Positions 1 through 12,999 of a DNA stretch of 64,000 bases are shown piece by piece (the first letter of the stretch is position 1; each line of letters begins with the position of its first letter). Source of the stretch: Octopus bimaculoides (taxonomy: Eukaryota); assembly GCF_001194135.2 (NCBI RefSeq), contig NC_068990.1:6988521-7052520 (forward strand), read 5' to 3'. The position numbers and the translations under genes are program-made. The notes under the pieces are model-generated. The model searched no databases. It saw only the letters and a list, made by a program, of their open reading frames with translations, and had not been told where the DNA came from.

Positions 1-1930
1 ATATACAAAGAATTTTCTTGTCAGTGAAGACTTTGATAACAGTTTTCTTGTGGTAAATGTTACATAATCACAACAAATTGATAAACACCTTTCTTTATCA
101 TAGCATCGACAATTAGCGGGTATATTTTGGAAGGTAATCCGAAGTCTAATTTGGAACAGATACTTCTATAGTGTTTGAATTTAGCATCAGACGCAGGCAA
201 TAGATTGGCAAAAGAGTTCCTATCATAGTTCCCGACTCTTTACATTCTGAATTAAGTCCTCTCGTGATGAGTCTTGCTTTCCACTTTCCACTGGCGATAA
301 CATAAGCTAACAGTTAAGTAATAAGCCAATTTAATTTACTGCATACCATTACACAAACTTGTTCTGGTTTTGTATTACGTTTTATTATGCTTTACGAGAC
401 ATTAATCTCTATTTAATGAGATAAACGACTATAAAGTTCTGATGCTGATATGAGACCTGACAACCAACTGATTATTTATTATTATACTTGAACAAAATAT
501 TTTCTATTTGTTTTCCTTGGCCAATTATATTCTCCCCATTGGTTTGTATGACGTTAAATGTGATCACGCGAACATGCCTATTTGTAATGCGTATATTTTC
601 ATTGCTGCGTATTATTTTATACGCAATTCTGAAGAATCGTATAAACCATGTATCATTAGAGTTAATCTGAATGACATGAAAAGTAATCAATAGATGCATG
701 TATTATTATATAACGTTGCGAAAACTGTTTATTTGAATTAAGATGAAACAATTGTAAATGAAATAATAAAATGACTTGGTCACTCCATTCTTCTTGTCAG
801 TATGAAAACTCTATGGATACTTGTGGCTTTTCAGTCATTTATTTGGTAGAGTAAACGATCTCCAGATTACACCTTTGTCTGATAGCCAGTATCCGTGAAT
901 GAGCTTAGTAGGTAGACATGAGATTTAAATATATATAGATAGATAGATATACATATGTGTGTGTGTGTGTGTGTGTGTATGTATAAAGTATATAATGGTT
1001 AACTTATATGATGATGTTTGATTGTTCTTCACTCATAAGTAATAGAGTAACTACGACTTGCTTAGGTTTCATCAGCTATAGTCAATATCATTAAGAAACT
1101 GACAAGAAGACAGCGAACAGAGCTATCGATAAGACTTAAGAAGCATTTGTTTCTTTCCTATCTTGAAATGCGACATGACTTTCTTTCCAACTTAAAATAT
1201 ATATTCATGAATGTATGTATGTCTATTACAAAAGCCATAATAAAAGTTGCTTGATTCGTTGGTCAAGGTTTTCTTTTCATGCTTTACATCGTGTAGAAAA
1301 CGGAGGAGAGAAAATGAAGGAGAGACGCAAAGAGTTTACATATGAAGTGCAGGTTGAGCGTACATACTAGGTTTGGTAGCAGACAATGAGTAAAGGAGTA
1401 TTAATCACACACAATGAGAGAGAAAATATCATAGAGATAGAGGAGAGGGGGAGAGATTGGAGAAGGGAATAAATGACAAAATAGTTGGCTGGAGCTGAAA
1501 AAGGATTTAATATCATTATAATGGATATATTTTCTTCAGATGCATTCAAGTAAGCTATTCGTTAGCAGATATTTTTGTTTTGAATTACTCGCTGGGATAT
1601 GATGGCAAAAAGCTCTAAATGAATACATCCCTATAATTTCTACAATAATATTAATACATATTTGCCTTCGTGAATAATATTTGGAAATTTGGCCGATATA
1701 CAATGAATCGAATTTAAGTTTCATCAAAATTGCTCAAAGTGTCAAAAGTACAATTCCAAAGTTACCAGTAATATGGCGGATCGCAATACTCGTGTATAAT
1801 ACTGATTCAAATTAAAAATATAAAGGTATCTTGTGTTGTAAATTGTTAACGTGATTTTATTAGAAATTTATGCGTCTATATACAGACAGACATAAATAAG
1901 TAGCAAGATGGAAAACATAAGCTCCGCGTG

Positions 1931-2063
<133 letters not shown>

Positions 2064-2468
2064 ATATGGTATGCAAGTATGTACGTATTAAAGCATTATC
2101 TATTCTTTATCTGTTGTATTCTTCCTCTGACCATCTTTCTCATCACGTTTTATACATTAAAAAAAAAACTGAAATCAAATCTTATACAAAAGCGCAAAGG
2201 GAATGACATGTATACACTCACCGTACAAATAACATTCATAGACTCACACTCGCTCTCTGTCACGCATATATACACTCACACAAAGACACTTATACATATA
2301 ATGCTCTTTGTGTGCAGGCTGGACGCCTATAAGATTACGTTAAATCATGTATGTTTTTCTTTTCTTTTCTGTCGTCTACGCAGTCTCCATCATCATTCCT
2401 ACCATACACGACGTATTCTTCCGAACAAATATCAATACTGATTATGACTTGCAACACTTACAATAAAA

Positions 2469-2494
2469 GATGATGATGATGATGATGATGATGC

Positions 2495-2582
<88 letters not shown>

Positions 2583-2588
2583 AAGAAG
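2469..2588. repeat. Compound (GAT)n(AAT)n(AAG)n microsatellite
   Basis: Direct reading. Confidence 0.98.
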
Positions 2589-3111
2589 CAGTGAAGTGAA
2601 AGCACGTGATAAAAATAAAACTACTGAATGATAATAATAAAGATCGCTTCTACAGAGGCAGGAACAATGAAGCCAATGATGGAGTCTCTACATGGTCGGT
2701 CGACATTCTAGAAAAAGCAGCCAAGTCAGTCTCCGGAGTCTCTAGATTGAAACGAGACAAAGAAATGGAATTTCCTTATTTCTGGATCTCAAAGAGTACA
2801 TGTGTTCGGCGAAGCTTCTCTCAAAATTTATATGTCCTATATAGCTATATGTCCTTAGTAGTACTGTGCAACGTTATCAAGAGCGATGAGAATCACCTTA
2901 TAAATTACTGCCTTGGAGCGGCCAACACCTCCCGGTGGACTAGTGCATTCATCTCAGCAATTGCACTTGAGTGCTTGAGATGAACGTTATGTAGGTGCGC
3001 GTGTATTTTATATTTAAGCATGTGATATTGTTTGTCTAAGCAAGCTATGTGTGCGTGGGACGTGTTTTCTAATTGCAAATATGAAGTTTCCAACAATGTT
3101 TGTGGAGTCAA

Positions 3112-3506
3112 GCGAAGGCCTGGCTGTGTAGTAAGAAGCTTGCTTCCCAAATGCATGGTTTTAGGTTCAGTTCCACGGCGTGGCAAGTGTCTTCTACTAT
3201 AGACAGGCCGACCAGAGCCTTGTGAGTTGATTTGATAGACAGAAAATGAAAGAAGTCTGTCATACATATATATGTATCTATGTTTGTGTGTCTTTTTGTT
3301 TGTGTTCTTCCCCACCACGATTGACAACCGGCGTCGGTGCCTTTACTTGCCCATAACTCAACAGTCCGGCAAAATAGACCAATAGAATAAGCAGCAGGCT
3401 TTAAAAAAATAAGTACTGGGAATGATTCATTCGATTAAAAATTCTTCAAGGCGGTGCCCCAGCATGGCTGCAGTCTAATGAGTGAAACAAGTAAAAGATA
3501 AAAGAT
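3112..3506 (+). mobile_element. tRNA-derived SINE family A (octopod type), near full length
   Basis: Head ggctgtgtagtaagaagcttgcttccc...ggttcagttccac, central (TG)-rich tract, tail aaaagataaaagata; homologous copies recur in the window. Confidence 0.85.
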
Positions 3507-4904
3507 ACAAAATAAGATATTGATTAAACTGAGAATTTAAACCTGGTTATTAGTCGGAACAGTTGATCCGCCATATATTTCTATCTGGGGCAACTTCCCA
3601 TTAATACCACGTTTTAAAAGGGTGAGGCATTATTTAAGATATTTCTATCGAAGAATAGATTAGAGAATCTTCTAATGATGTTGGCTACTATATTCTTAAA
3701 TATTGTCGGAGTGGGACGAAATTCCTATGACTCTATACTGCCTCTTCATTAGCTTTTCTATAAACATAGTATTTGCTTATGTTAACGTCTGGAGTATGTC
3801 CAAAAAAAGGTGACTGTAATAAGATTAATGATGAATGTCGTATTTAAACCACTTATATTGAAAATTTTTAACAATTTCTTCTCAGACTTTAGGAGACAAT
3901 ATACCAGGTTCAGAGACCTCATATTAGAATGATTATGAACTCTGAAAATGTTATAGGAAGACTCCTGCTGAGGAAATGGCTATTATTTGATGTCAACAGG
4001 GTAAGATGGGGGGAATGACATAGTCACTGACCTTCTTCGATTATTTTTCCTGCATGCACTTAAGAAGCCTGAATTCCCCTGCGGCTGAGCATTGTTCAGG
4101 AACGACGTCCTGGCAATCAGCACGAACGACCGCGCTATGAATAAATATAGGATGAATATCTATGACTGTACACACATGTTAGTGCCTATCGCTATAGGGT
4201 GACACTGCAAAGGAAATATTTTTCACAATATACAACAGTAAACAAACGCAGTCACACACACACACGCACGCACACACACACACACACACATGTACGCACG
4301 CACACTACATTCATATAATTACATCACTATATAGACACGGATACACAATATATCAATATATACATATGTGGTGAGGGGTGAGTCATTGAAATATCCGATC
4401 ACTCCGAAAGGTCACATTAAAGTATATACGCACAAACGCATGTACATATACACATTATATGTATACATATATATCTACAAACACATGCATCTACATATAA
4501 ATACACATATATATGTGTGTATATGCGTATGTAATTTACGTATGTAATGTATGTATGTATGTACGCATAAAACATGTATAACCTATCATAAAAGGGATGA
4601 AGATAGTGGTGAGAGTTCAAGTTTGTGAGGAAGCATTGATTGATACGCTTTCTTTCATTCCGATCCTAGGTTGCAGGTCGACGTTTTAAGAATATCTTTG
4701 TGAGTGAGAGTGTGTTTGAGACAGAAAATATTTGAAAGCAAAGGAAGGATGGAAGGGATAAATGAAGATAACGAGATGAAAGGAGAATGAATGAGGAGGA
4801 TATGGAGAAGAGAATACTGAAATAAGGGAAGACAAGGAAGAATATGGTAAAAGAAAAAAGAGAAGTTAAAATAAAGAAATCAATATGAAAGGGAAAGAGA
4901 AGAC

Positions 4905-5099
4905 GTTGAGCTGAAAGAGTCGTTAGTATGTTGGGCAAAATGCTTAGAGGCATTTCGTCCGTCGCTACGTTCTGAGTTCAAATACCACCGAGGTCAACTT
5001 TACTTTTCATCCGTTCGGGGTCGGTAAAATAAATAGCAGTTGAACACCGACTTACCATTTTCCCTGAAATTGCTGGCCTTGTGCCAAAATTTGAAACCA
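4905..5099 (+). mobile_element. tRNA-derived SINE family B
   Basis: gcaaaatgcttag...ctacgttctgagttcaaat...ccttgtgccaaaatttgaaacc. Confidence 0.8.
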
Positions 5100-5269
5100 A
5101 TATGAAAGTTACAGAAAGAAAGAAAAGGAAAGAAGGTGAAAATATAAGGAATATGGAAAAAAAAACAGGAGAGGGAAAAGTTTAATTTTAAAAAAAATAA
5201 TTTAGAAAGAATATATTGCAATTTGAACATTTGGAAGGTAATAAAATTTTAAACTAGGCGACACTGCGT

Positions 5270-5930
5270 AAAAGAAGCAACTCATTTGCAGTTGTTTCCG
5301 TTGAGTAAAGTGAACGATATACCTTGCCGAAAGATACAAAAGCTGCGCGACTCTGGAGTGAGCGAATGTGGTCACTTTTCGTGAGGCACATCTTTTCTCA
5401 GCTTGTCGTCGTTGGGCTGAAGCCCAGCATGAAGCAATGAGCTAGGCTGGGTATCTGGCATCTAGAATGTCACCGAGCGCTCACCGCCCTCTAGCATTCA
5501 GGCAGAGGAAGAACTGATTATCGATGAAAGCAAATTGGTTAGTCTGTTGGCTTAGCAGTGCTACCGAGTGGTGCTGCCAGATCCAAATAAGCTCTGCTGA
5601 CACAAGCCTACCGTGAGATGGGCCTGCCCGAAATGTGCACTGAGCAACGATACTGTTCTGTATGCTCTTGTTGGTTACACGGACATTGCTGATTTGATGA
5701 GTCATGTCAAACATCTGCAGTCTTGTGTGCGATGATCTAGCTTTCAGCGTTTCAGCGGAAACCATTGTCATGATTGTTCTGCTGCACTCTTTTAATTGGA
5801 CAGGGAATGCCGTTTTCTTCTGTCTGGTGGCTATAGTGAAAGAGATCTTATGATGGACGAGTTCGAAAGGCATGAGGGAAGAGATTCCCCTATTTTGTAG
5901 AGCCCTCGGCGACTTTTTCAAGTTTCACTT
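5270..5930 (-). mobile_element. Possible heavily decayed RTE-like LINE
   Basis: SAETLKA...RLQMFDM...VTNKSIQNSI weakly resembles RTE post-RT motifs. Confidence 0.3.
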
Positions 5931-7965
5931 GAAAAGTAAGATAAGGATAGAGAGAGAAAGGTGCTGTCCTCAACTAAATTCGTTGAAATGTGGGTGAGAC
6001 TGTAAATAAATCGTGAGAGTGGACGGGACTGCTTTAAGTATCAACCTGTAATTCTGAGAACGACAGTTGGAAAGGGCACTTGCTCTTTGTGTTCACGATG
6101 ATTTTAGAGCTGGGGTACTTCTTGACTGGCCCTATTTGGTGATTCCTTTGTATCCTTGTATCAAGAAGACTGCACCATCATCATCTTTCTCTTTTTGTAT
6201 AACATGTTTACTTGTCTACCATGATTTTTTTCACCTCATTCGATTTTCTGTGTAAATCTCTACACTATGTGTTTCTTTGAAATCCTCTCACTCAGGTGCC
6301 GCCCTGGTGGCGAATAAATGAAACCATCATCATCGTCGTCGTCATCGTTGTTGCACTCCTTACTCTCAACATTTCAGTCCCTCATGACTCTATTCTCCAT
6401 GACTTGAGCGATGGAGAATTGAAATGTTAGTGTGCTGTTACAACAGCATACCAAACACTAAACATGGACACACATATACCTTACGCTGACTTATAGTTGA
6501 GCATCGCCAGAACCAGGAATTGTCTAGAAATTTCACTCAAGTAGAGGCGGCAGCGATCCCATATGTGTATGGAATATGTATTCTCTTTTTGTTAATCTGT
6601 TTACTTCAACTTTCTTAGTCATGCCTACTATATTATAGACTGCCAATCTTGTACTAATAAGCAAGCATTCAAAGAAAATATGATGCATTAATCATTAAAA
6701 ACCAATATTTCAAAAATAATATATTGACCAATAAAATCAGTATTCAAGAAAGATTAACTATTAAATTCAGTATTAATAAAATATTCTATTACTGCAAACC
6801 ACACACGGGCGTATATGTACACTTAACTACTCTCATGGTGTGTTATACATATTCAAATGCGCTCATTGATTTAATATACATAAATCCATATATATATATA
6901 TATATATATATTTTACCAAATTAATTCTAATTTTGAAAAGACAAAGAAATCATGTTCACATATGTTATGTTTGTTCTTGTTTTCCATTATCATCTTCAGT
7001 ATAAGCGATCCATATGAAAATTTAATAGAAATGAAATTTTAAAAAAATATCACAACGAAAGATGACGAAAGCAACTAGGAACAGAAGCTAGAAATTACCC
7101 AACAAAATACTAAAAAATAGTGAAATAAAATGTTAGTAACAAGAGCTATTATCAATAGAAAAAAAAACCTATTTCTTCTGGTATCTTTTATTAGAGATTT
7201 TTTTAATATATATTTTAGGTTGACGTTTTAAATTTCCATTTCAGTTTTTATTCTTAATCTGAATGGCTTAAATGAAATCAATGCACTTTTCTAGGAGGCA
7301 TATTAGTTCAATGGCTATCGATATATGTTTTGTATGTTTTGTATGTTTGAATATTATTTTATTTTAAAGTAAGAAAAGGATAAGAGATTAAGCTAAAAAT
7401 TTAAAATCATATGAACATAGGAAGCATACTATAAATACAGAATAGAGGCATTAACGATATTTGAATGTATGAGAGTAAAAAAATATTTTCGAGATAAAAA
7501 AAAAGATGTTCAAATCAACAATGTTGAAAACGAGGGCTATAATAAAACATAACAACAGTTGTTTGTCGCCTACAGATATTATTTTCCATTGGATGCTATC
7601 AATATCAATGAACATTCACGGAGATTTAGAATCAGATTTCATTCTTAAGCCATTGCTATTTCACAAAACAATCAACAAATGAATACATTTAAAATACATT
7701 CATACGTGTGTTTGTCCATTGAGATGTGTCCATGACAAAAGTTCAAATTAACAGCAGGTATTTCATTAAATAGCTAATCACAGCTTTTTTCTTGGCCTGC
7801 AGTAACTAAATATTTTTAAGATGACTTTTGTGATGAACGGTGTCCAATCAGACAACAGATTCATTTCGCATAAGCTCAATAACTGGAGTTAGAATTTACA
7901 TTTATATATCTTCCCTGTTACCTTTCTTTCCTACTCTTTTTTTTTCTCTTCTATATCTCTCGATA

Positions 7966-8005
<40 letters not shown>

Positions 8006-8023
8006 CGCAAAATATACGCTATG

Positions 8024-8264
8024 NNNNNNNNNNNNNNNNNNNNNNNNNNNNNNNNNNNNNNNNNNNNNNNNNNNNNNNNNNNNNNNNNNNNNNNNNNNNN
8101 NNNNNNNNNNNNNNNNNNNNNNNNNNNNNNNNNNNNNNNNNNNNNNNNNNNNNNNNNNNNNNNNNNNNNNNNNNNNNNNNNNNNNNNNNNNNNNNNNNNN
8201 NNNNNNNNNNNNNNNNNNNNNNNNNNNNNNNNNNNNNNNNNNNNNNNNNNNNNNNNNNNNNNNN
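8024..8264. other. Assembly gap (others at 24867-25006, 26850-27111, 28546-28958, 36909-37148; 10-N gaps at 21037, 30899, 38819, 48147)
   Basis: Runs of N, mostly flanked by (TA)n; could hide exons. Confidence 0.99.
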
Positions 8265-8284
8265 TATATATATTCAACAAGATA

Positions 8285-8610
8285 AAGGGCAGAATTAATT
8301 AATTAATAATTGATAATTTTACCAAGTAGTTCGGTATGTTAAAATAACCTTTATTGGTAACCTTATACAAAGATTCTATAACTATAAGCATAATTATAGT
8401 TAAGGTTCAGCAGATTGCTTCACCGCATACCGAAATTTAGAAATAGCAGTTAAATACTATTCCTCTACCATAAGATATCTCCCAGACAGCAATACTCTCA
8501 ATTCGCGTAGGTAAAGAGATGCTCGGTGAAAGGAGAGAGTTTAACGTTTCGAGCATAACTCTTCATCGGAAAAGAGAAAGGGAAAAGAAGAAATCACCAA
8601 TGGCCTACGT
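8285..8610 (-). mobile_element. Penelope-like element terminal (pLTR) segment with hammerhead-like core
   Basis: Minus strand ccgatgaagagttatgctcgaaacgtta; similar to recalled octopod Penelope ends. Confidence 0.5.
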
Positions 8611-8877
8611 GTAGTTACATTGCTGAAGTGTATGTATGTATGTATTATGTATGTATGTATGTATTTTGAGCTGCAAAATTACATCATTGATTCAGGTGCC
8701 GAGATTTCCTGGTATACTTACCAATTTGACTTAACATTTGTAAATGCAGAGATAATTAGTGGTTCTTTTTTTACCTCGAAACATGCGATCCAAAATAGTA
8801 TTCGTGCGTTGCATGACAATCAATAAATTTCAAAATTAAACCGTTAAAGGGGAAAGGATAATATATACATGTGTAAG

Positions 8878-8980
8878 GCGGAGAGCTAGCAGAATCAATG
8901 ACGAAACACCGCTAAGCGAAATGCTTAGCGGTGTTTCGTCTGCCGTTACGTTCTGAGTTCAAATTCCGCCGAAGTGGACT
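8878..8980 (+). mobile_element. SINE family B 5' part, abutting an inverted family A copy
   Basis: ggcggagagctagcagaatc ... gttctgagttcaaattccgccga. Confidence 0.8.
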
Positions 8981-8983
8981 GTG

Positions 8984-9290
8984 GGTCTCTTTTGCCGAAC
9001 CGTTAAGTTACGGGGACGGAGAAGTACCAGCATCAGTTGTCAAGCAATGGTGGGGGACAAACACACATACATACATACATACATGCATACATATATACAT
9101 ACATACATACATACATGTATATATGACTGGCTTCTTTCAGTTTCCATATACCAGATTCCATTCACAAGGCTCTAGTCAGCCAGAGGCTATAATAGAAGAC
9201 ACTTGCCCAAGGTGCTACGCAGTGGGACTGAACCCGGGACAATGTGGTTGGGAAGCAAGCTTCTTACCCCACAGCCACACCTGCGCCTAT
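8984..9290 (-). mobile_element. SINE family A, 3'-truncated
   Basis: Reverse complement of the family A head and body. Confidence 0.85.
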
Positions 9291-9307
9291 ATAAGAATAT
9301 ACATATT

Positions 9308-9661
9308 TTATCTTTTTGTTTTTTCCTTCTTTCAATCGTGAGACTGCGGGCATTCTGGGGCACCACCTTGATGAATCTTTAGTGGAATGAATTGGTCCCT
9401 AGTACTTGATTTTTTTTTGGAAGGCCTGGCACCTATTCTATCGGGTCTCCTTTACCGAACTGCTAAGTTACGGGAACATAAGCACACCAACACCGATTGT
9501 CAAGCGGTGGGAGTAATAAGCACAGACACAAAAACACTTAGAAGGCTTTAGTGAGCCTGAGGCTATAGTAGAAAATACTTGCCCACGATGCCACGCAGTG
9601 GGACTGAACACAAAACGATGTGGCTGACAAGTAAGCTTCTTACCATAGAGCCACGCCTGTA
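9308..9661 (-). mobile_element. SINE family A, diverged
   Basis: Reverse complement of family A including the ttttatc tail. Confidence 0.8.
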
Positions 9662-9979
9662 AAAAGAATAGAAGTACACACAACAATATGTATACGTAAC
9701 GTACACATGGACATGCACATATTTTGATATATAACTCCAGCCTACTGGAGTTATATAGATATAATGAGGCATGTCATCAAGACTGAAACAGCTGTAAGTC
9801 ATTTCCCATTTTCGTTCACTAGACGTCCTTTTTTTAATTAATGATATGACATAATATGTCGCATGTGTTTGTGTATTGTTATTATTGTCCTCTTAGTTAA
9901 CAAATAAACAGGTAAATTGACACAGTACAATGTTTGCAAATTGATGAATACCACCTATTCCCCTCCATTTTCTTATTGC

Positions 9980-10021
<42 letters not shown>

Positions 10022-10385
10022 GCTTCACGTTTTTACAAGCAACTGTGTTCCACTCTTACTCATCTATACCCCATTATTTTTTATCTTCTTTATGTGTCAA
10101 CACATGTCATATTTATGATTCTTGTATAAACATATTCTTTTGTCTGTCATGCAAAGTGATGCATTGCATATCCGACCAAGTTACTCAATTTTCTTCTTAT
10201 CGAACAATGCGCTATCACAGACAACCATATTTTATTATTTATATGCTATATGTAACATGACTCTGTAGTTACACATATATGTGTTGATACATATATGTCA
10301 TTATAAATACGCACAAATATACATACATATGTGTATGTTTGCAGTTGTGCGTATGTTTTTATCTCTGTTCAAGTACATTTATACA

Positions 10386-10782
10386 TAGGCGCAGGCGTGA
10401 ATGTGTGGTAAGAAGCTTGCTTCCCAGCCACATGGGTCTGGGTTCAGCCCCACTGCATGGCACCCTGGGCAAGTTCCTTCTCCTATAACTTCGGGCCAAC
10501 CAAAGCTTTGTGAGTGGATGTGGTAAACGGAAACTGAAAGAAGCCTATCATGTGTGTGTGTGTGTGTGTGTGGGTGGGTGGGTGTTTGTCCCCCATCACC
10601 GCTTGACAACTGGTGTTGATGTGTTTACGTCCCCGTAACTTAGCGGTTCGGCAAAATAGAGACCATTAGAATAAGAACTAGGCGTTAAAAAATAAGTCCT
10701 CGGGTCTATTTGTTCGACCAAAATCCTTCAAGGCGATGCTCCTGCACAGACCCAATCAAATGAACGAAACAATAAAAGAATA
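10386..10782 (+). mobile_element. SINE family A, near full length
   Basis: taggcgcaggcgtgaatgtgtggtaagaagcttgcttccc ... taaaagaata. Confidence 0.85.
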
Positions 10783-12087
10783 TTATGATTTCTGTGTCTA
10801 ATATCTGTACATACATATTATGTATATACTAGCGAGTTTGTAACGAGACTACTTCCGGTAGACGCACTACATGTTAAATGAATGCTTGTAGTAAGTCATT
10901 ACGCATCTACATTACAATGAATATCTTCTGTAAGAAGTAAAACCGGTTTGAAATTATGAGCTTTGATGTATTTGTTTTAATTATGGTGTTGAAGGGACAT
11001 TTTGAAGTGATTTGAATGTACTTCCGAATCAATAATTAATTTTGAAAATGTTTTGATTTTACTGATGTATTCTGAATATATGATATTTTGGAATATGAAA
11101 TAAAGTCTTTTGAATAAAATACGGTATTACGGTATACGTAATAATGTATTTTGAACTAATTTGATTTAATCATCTTTTTTCGATGCATATTATAGCATTT
11201 TGAAATGATTTGACTTGACATATACTTTGAAATTAATTCATTGCAATACAAAAGGGAAACGGACTTCTTACAATTTCTTCTATATTTCTCGACTTGTGTG
11301 GAATATTTTTCTATTTCCTACAGATGTGTGTTAGCATATATTTATATCTATCTATGTGTATATACGCATACGGGGATGTATGTATATGCGTATATGCTTA
11401 TACATGTCTGTGCATAGTCATATGTGTATGCATGGACATATTTATGTAAGCATGTGTATGTACAGGAAGTTGTATTTTTATCTTTTATCTTTTACTGGTT
11501 TGATCGAGAATTGAAGCCACGGTGGGGTAACGCCTTTCAGTGTGATTGGGTTTCTTTTCTGTACAGTTTTCGGTGAAATAGCGAGTTGGGCGGAGTTCTT
11601 CTTTCTGCCTCTTGCGACAATATATTTGCAAATGCACATGTACGTATGTATATTTGTATGTACGCCGACACATATGTTTGCCTGCATTCCATGATATGGA
11701 TATATTATATATTAATGTATACAGTGAAATATTTTCTCCGTGCTTTTATTGTTTTATTATGTTATGTATATTTCTTATCAACACGTTTACACTGCTTTAT
11801 TTCACTACATTTTCTTTCATTTTTATCCTTTTTTTTTTATTTAATGGGCAGATTTTGAAATATTAAATTTTCATGTAGTTTTTCGATGATATGTTTGAAC
11901 AAACATTTCAGAAAAATTATATTTCTGTAAAGAGAGAATTCAGAATTTCAAATTTATTTTCATGAGTGTAATGCACAGAATAATCGGTCTTTTATCACTT
12001 ATGCAACTTTACAGTTAAATAAAAAAATATAGAAATATTCGTGAACTGAGTTCGTTTCATTTGCTCGTTTCACCAACCTCACAACTA

Positions 12088-12365
12088 TGCATGTACGTTT
12101 GTATGTGTGTACGTATGTATGTGTGTATGTGTGTATGTATTATGTATGTATGTGTGTATGTATGTATGTATGTATGTATTATGTATCTGTGTATGTATGT
12201 ATGTATTATGTATGTATGTGTGTATGTATGTATGTATTATGTATGTATGTGTGTATGTATGTATGTATGTATGTATTATGTATGTATGTGTGTATGTATG
12301 TATGTATGTATGTATGTATTATGTATGTATGTGTGTATGTATGTATGTATGTATGTGTGTATGTA
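12088..12365. repeat. (TATG)n array with higher-order units
   Basis: Direct reading. Confidence 0.9.
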
Positions 12366-12999
12366 TGCCATTATCCAGTTTATTTCAAGAGTTCTTGTCA
12401 ATAGAGAAAGAACCGGTTTCTTACCCAGATCCAAGGTTCCTTCACTGGAATTTCAACATCAACAACAGGGTATTTTTGTTTGCATGTATGTATGTATTTA
12501 TGTATGCATGCATGCATGTATGTATGTATGTATGTATACAGGTAGGTATGAATGTGTGTATATGTATGTGCAGATCTGTATGTTTTATGTATGTATTCTC
12601 ATGCATATAGTTACATATCTAGACACGCTCATATACATTGAAATGATAAAATTCTGGTAAGTTTTACAGATTTTTACAGTTCCAGTGATGGATTGGATCT
12701 GTAGTCTTCGAATTAGCTTTCTCCTTTCTGGTTTTGAGAAGTCTAAATTCTCAAGATTGGTATTTAATGTATGTATGTAATTTAGTATAGACAGGATTTA
12801 AATGCGAGCTGCTATAAGTTTTATACCTCTTATAATACAGTTGTCAGAGGAGCTTGTATAGCATGCTGTGTATTTTCAGGCAATAATTTAGGCTCAAAAT
12901 GCAAGAAAGAAGTAGAAAGGAGAGGAAAATGTAAATGAAAAAGAAACAAACAAACAAAAATAAAAGAATCATGGAGTTGGAAGAAGATAAAAGTTGCAG

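Noticed and set aside
488-666. Minus-strand exon candidates (488-666 and 16019-16056) as continuation of the 24.5 kb exon
   Set aside because: Acceptors look plausible but donors are weak, and the peptides have no recognisable homology; not supportable without RNA data.
5481-5921. 146-aa ORF as a PIF1/Helitron helicase tail or host gene
   Set aside because: The motif-like words are out of order or spacing; a decayed RTE fits slightly better.
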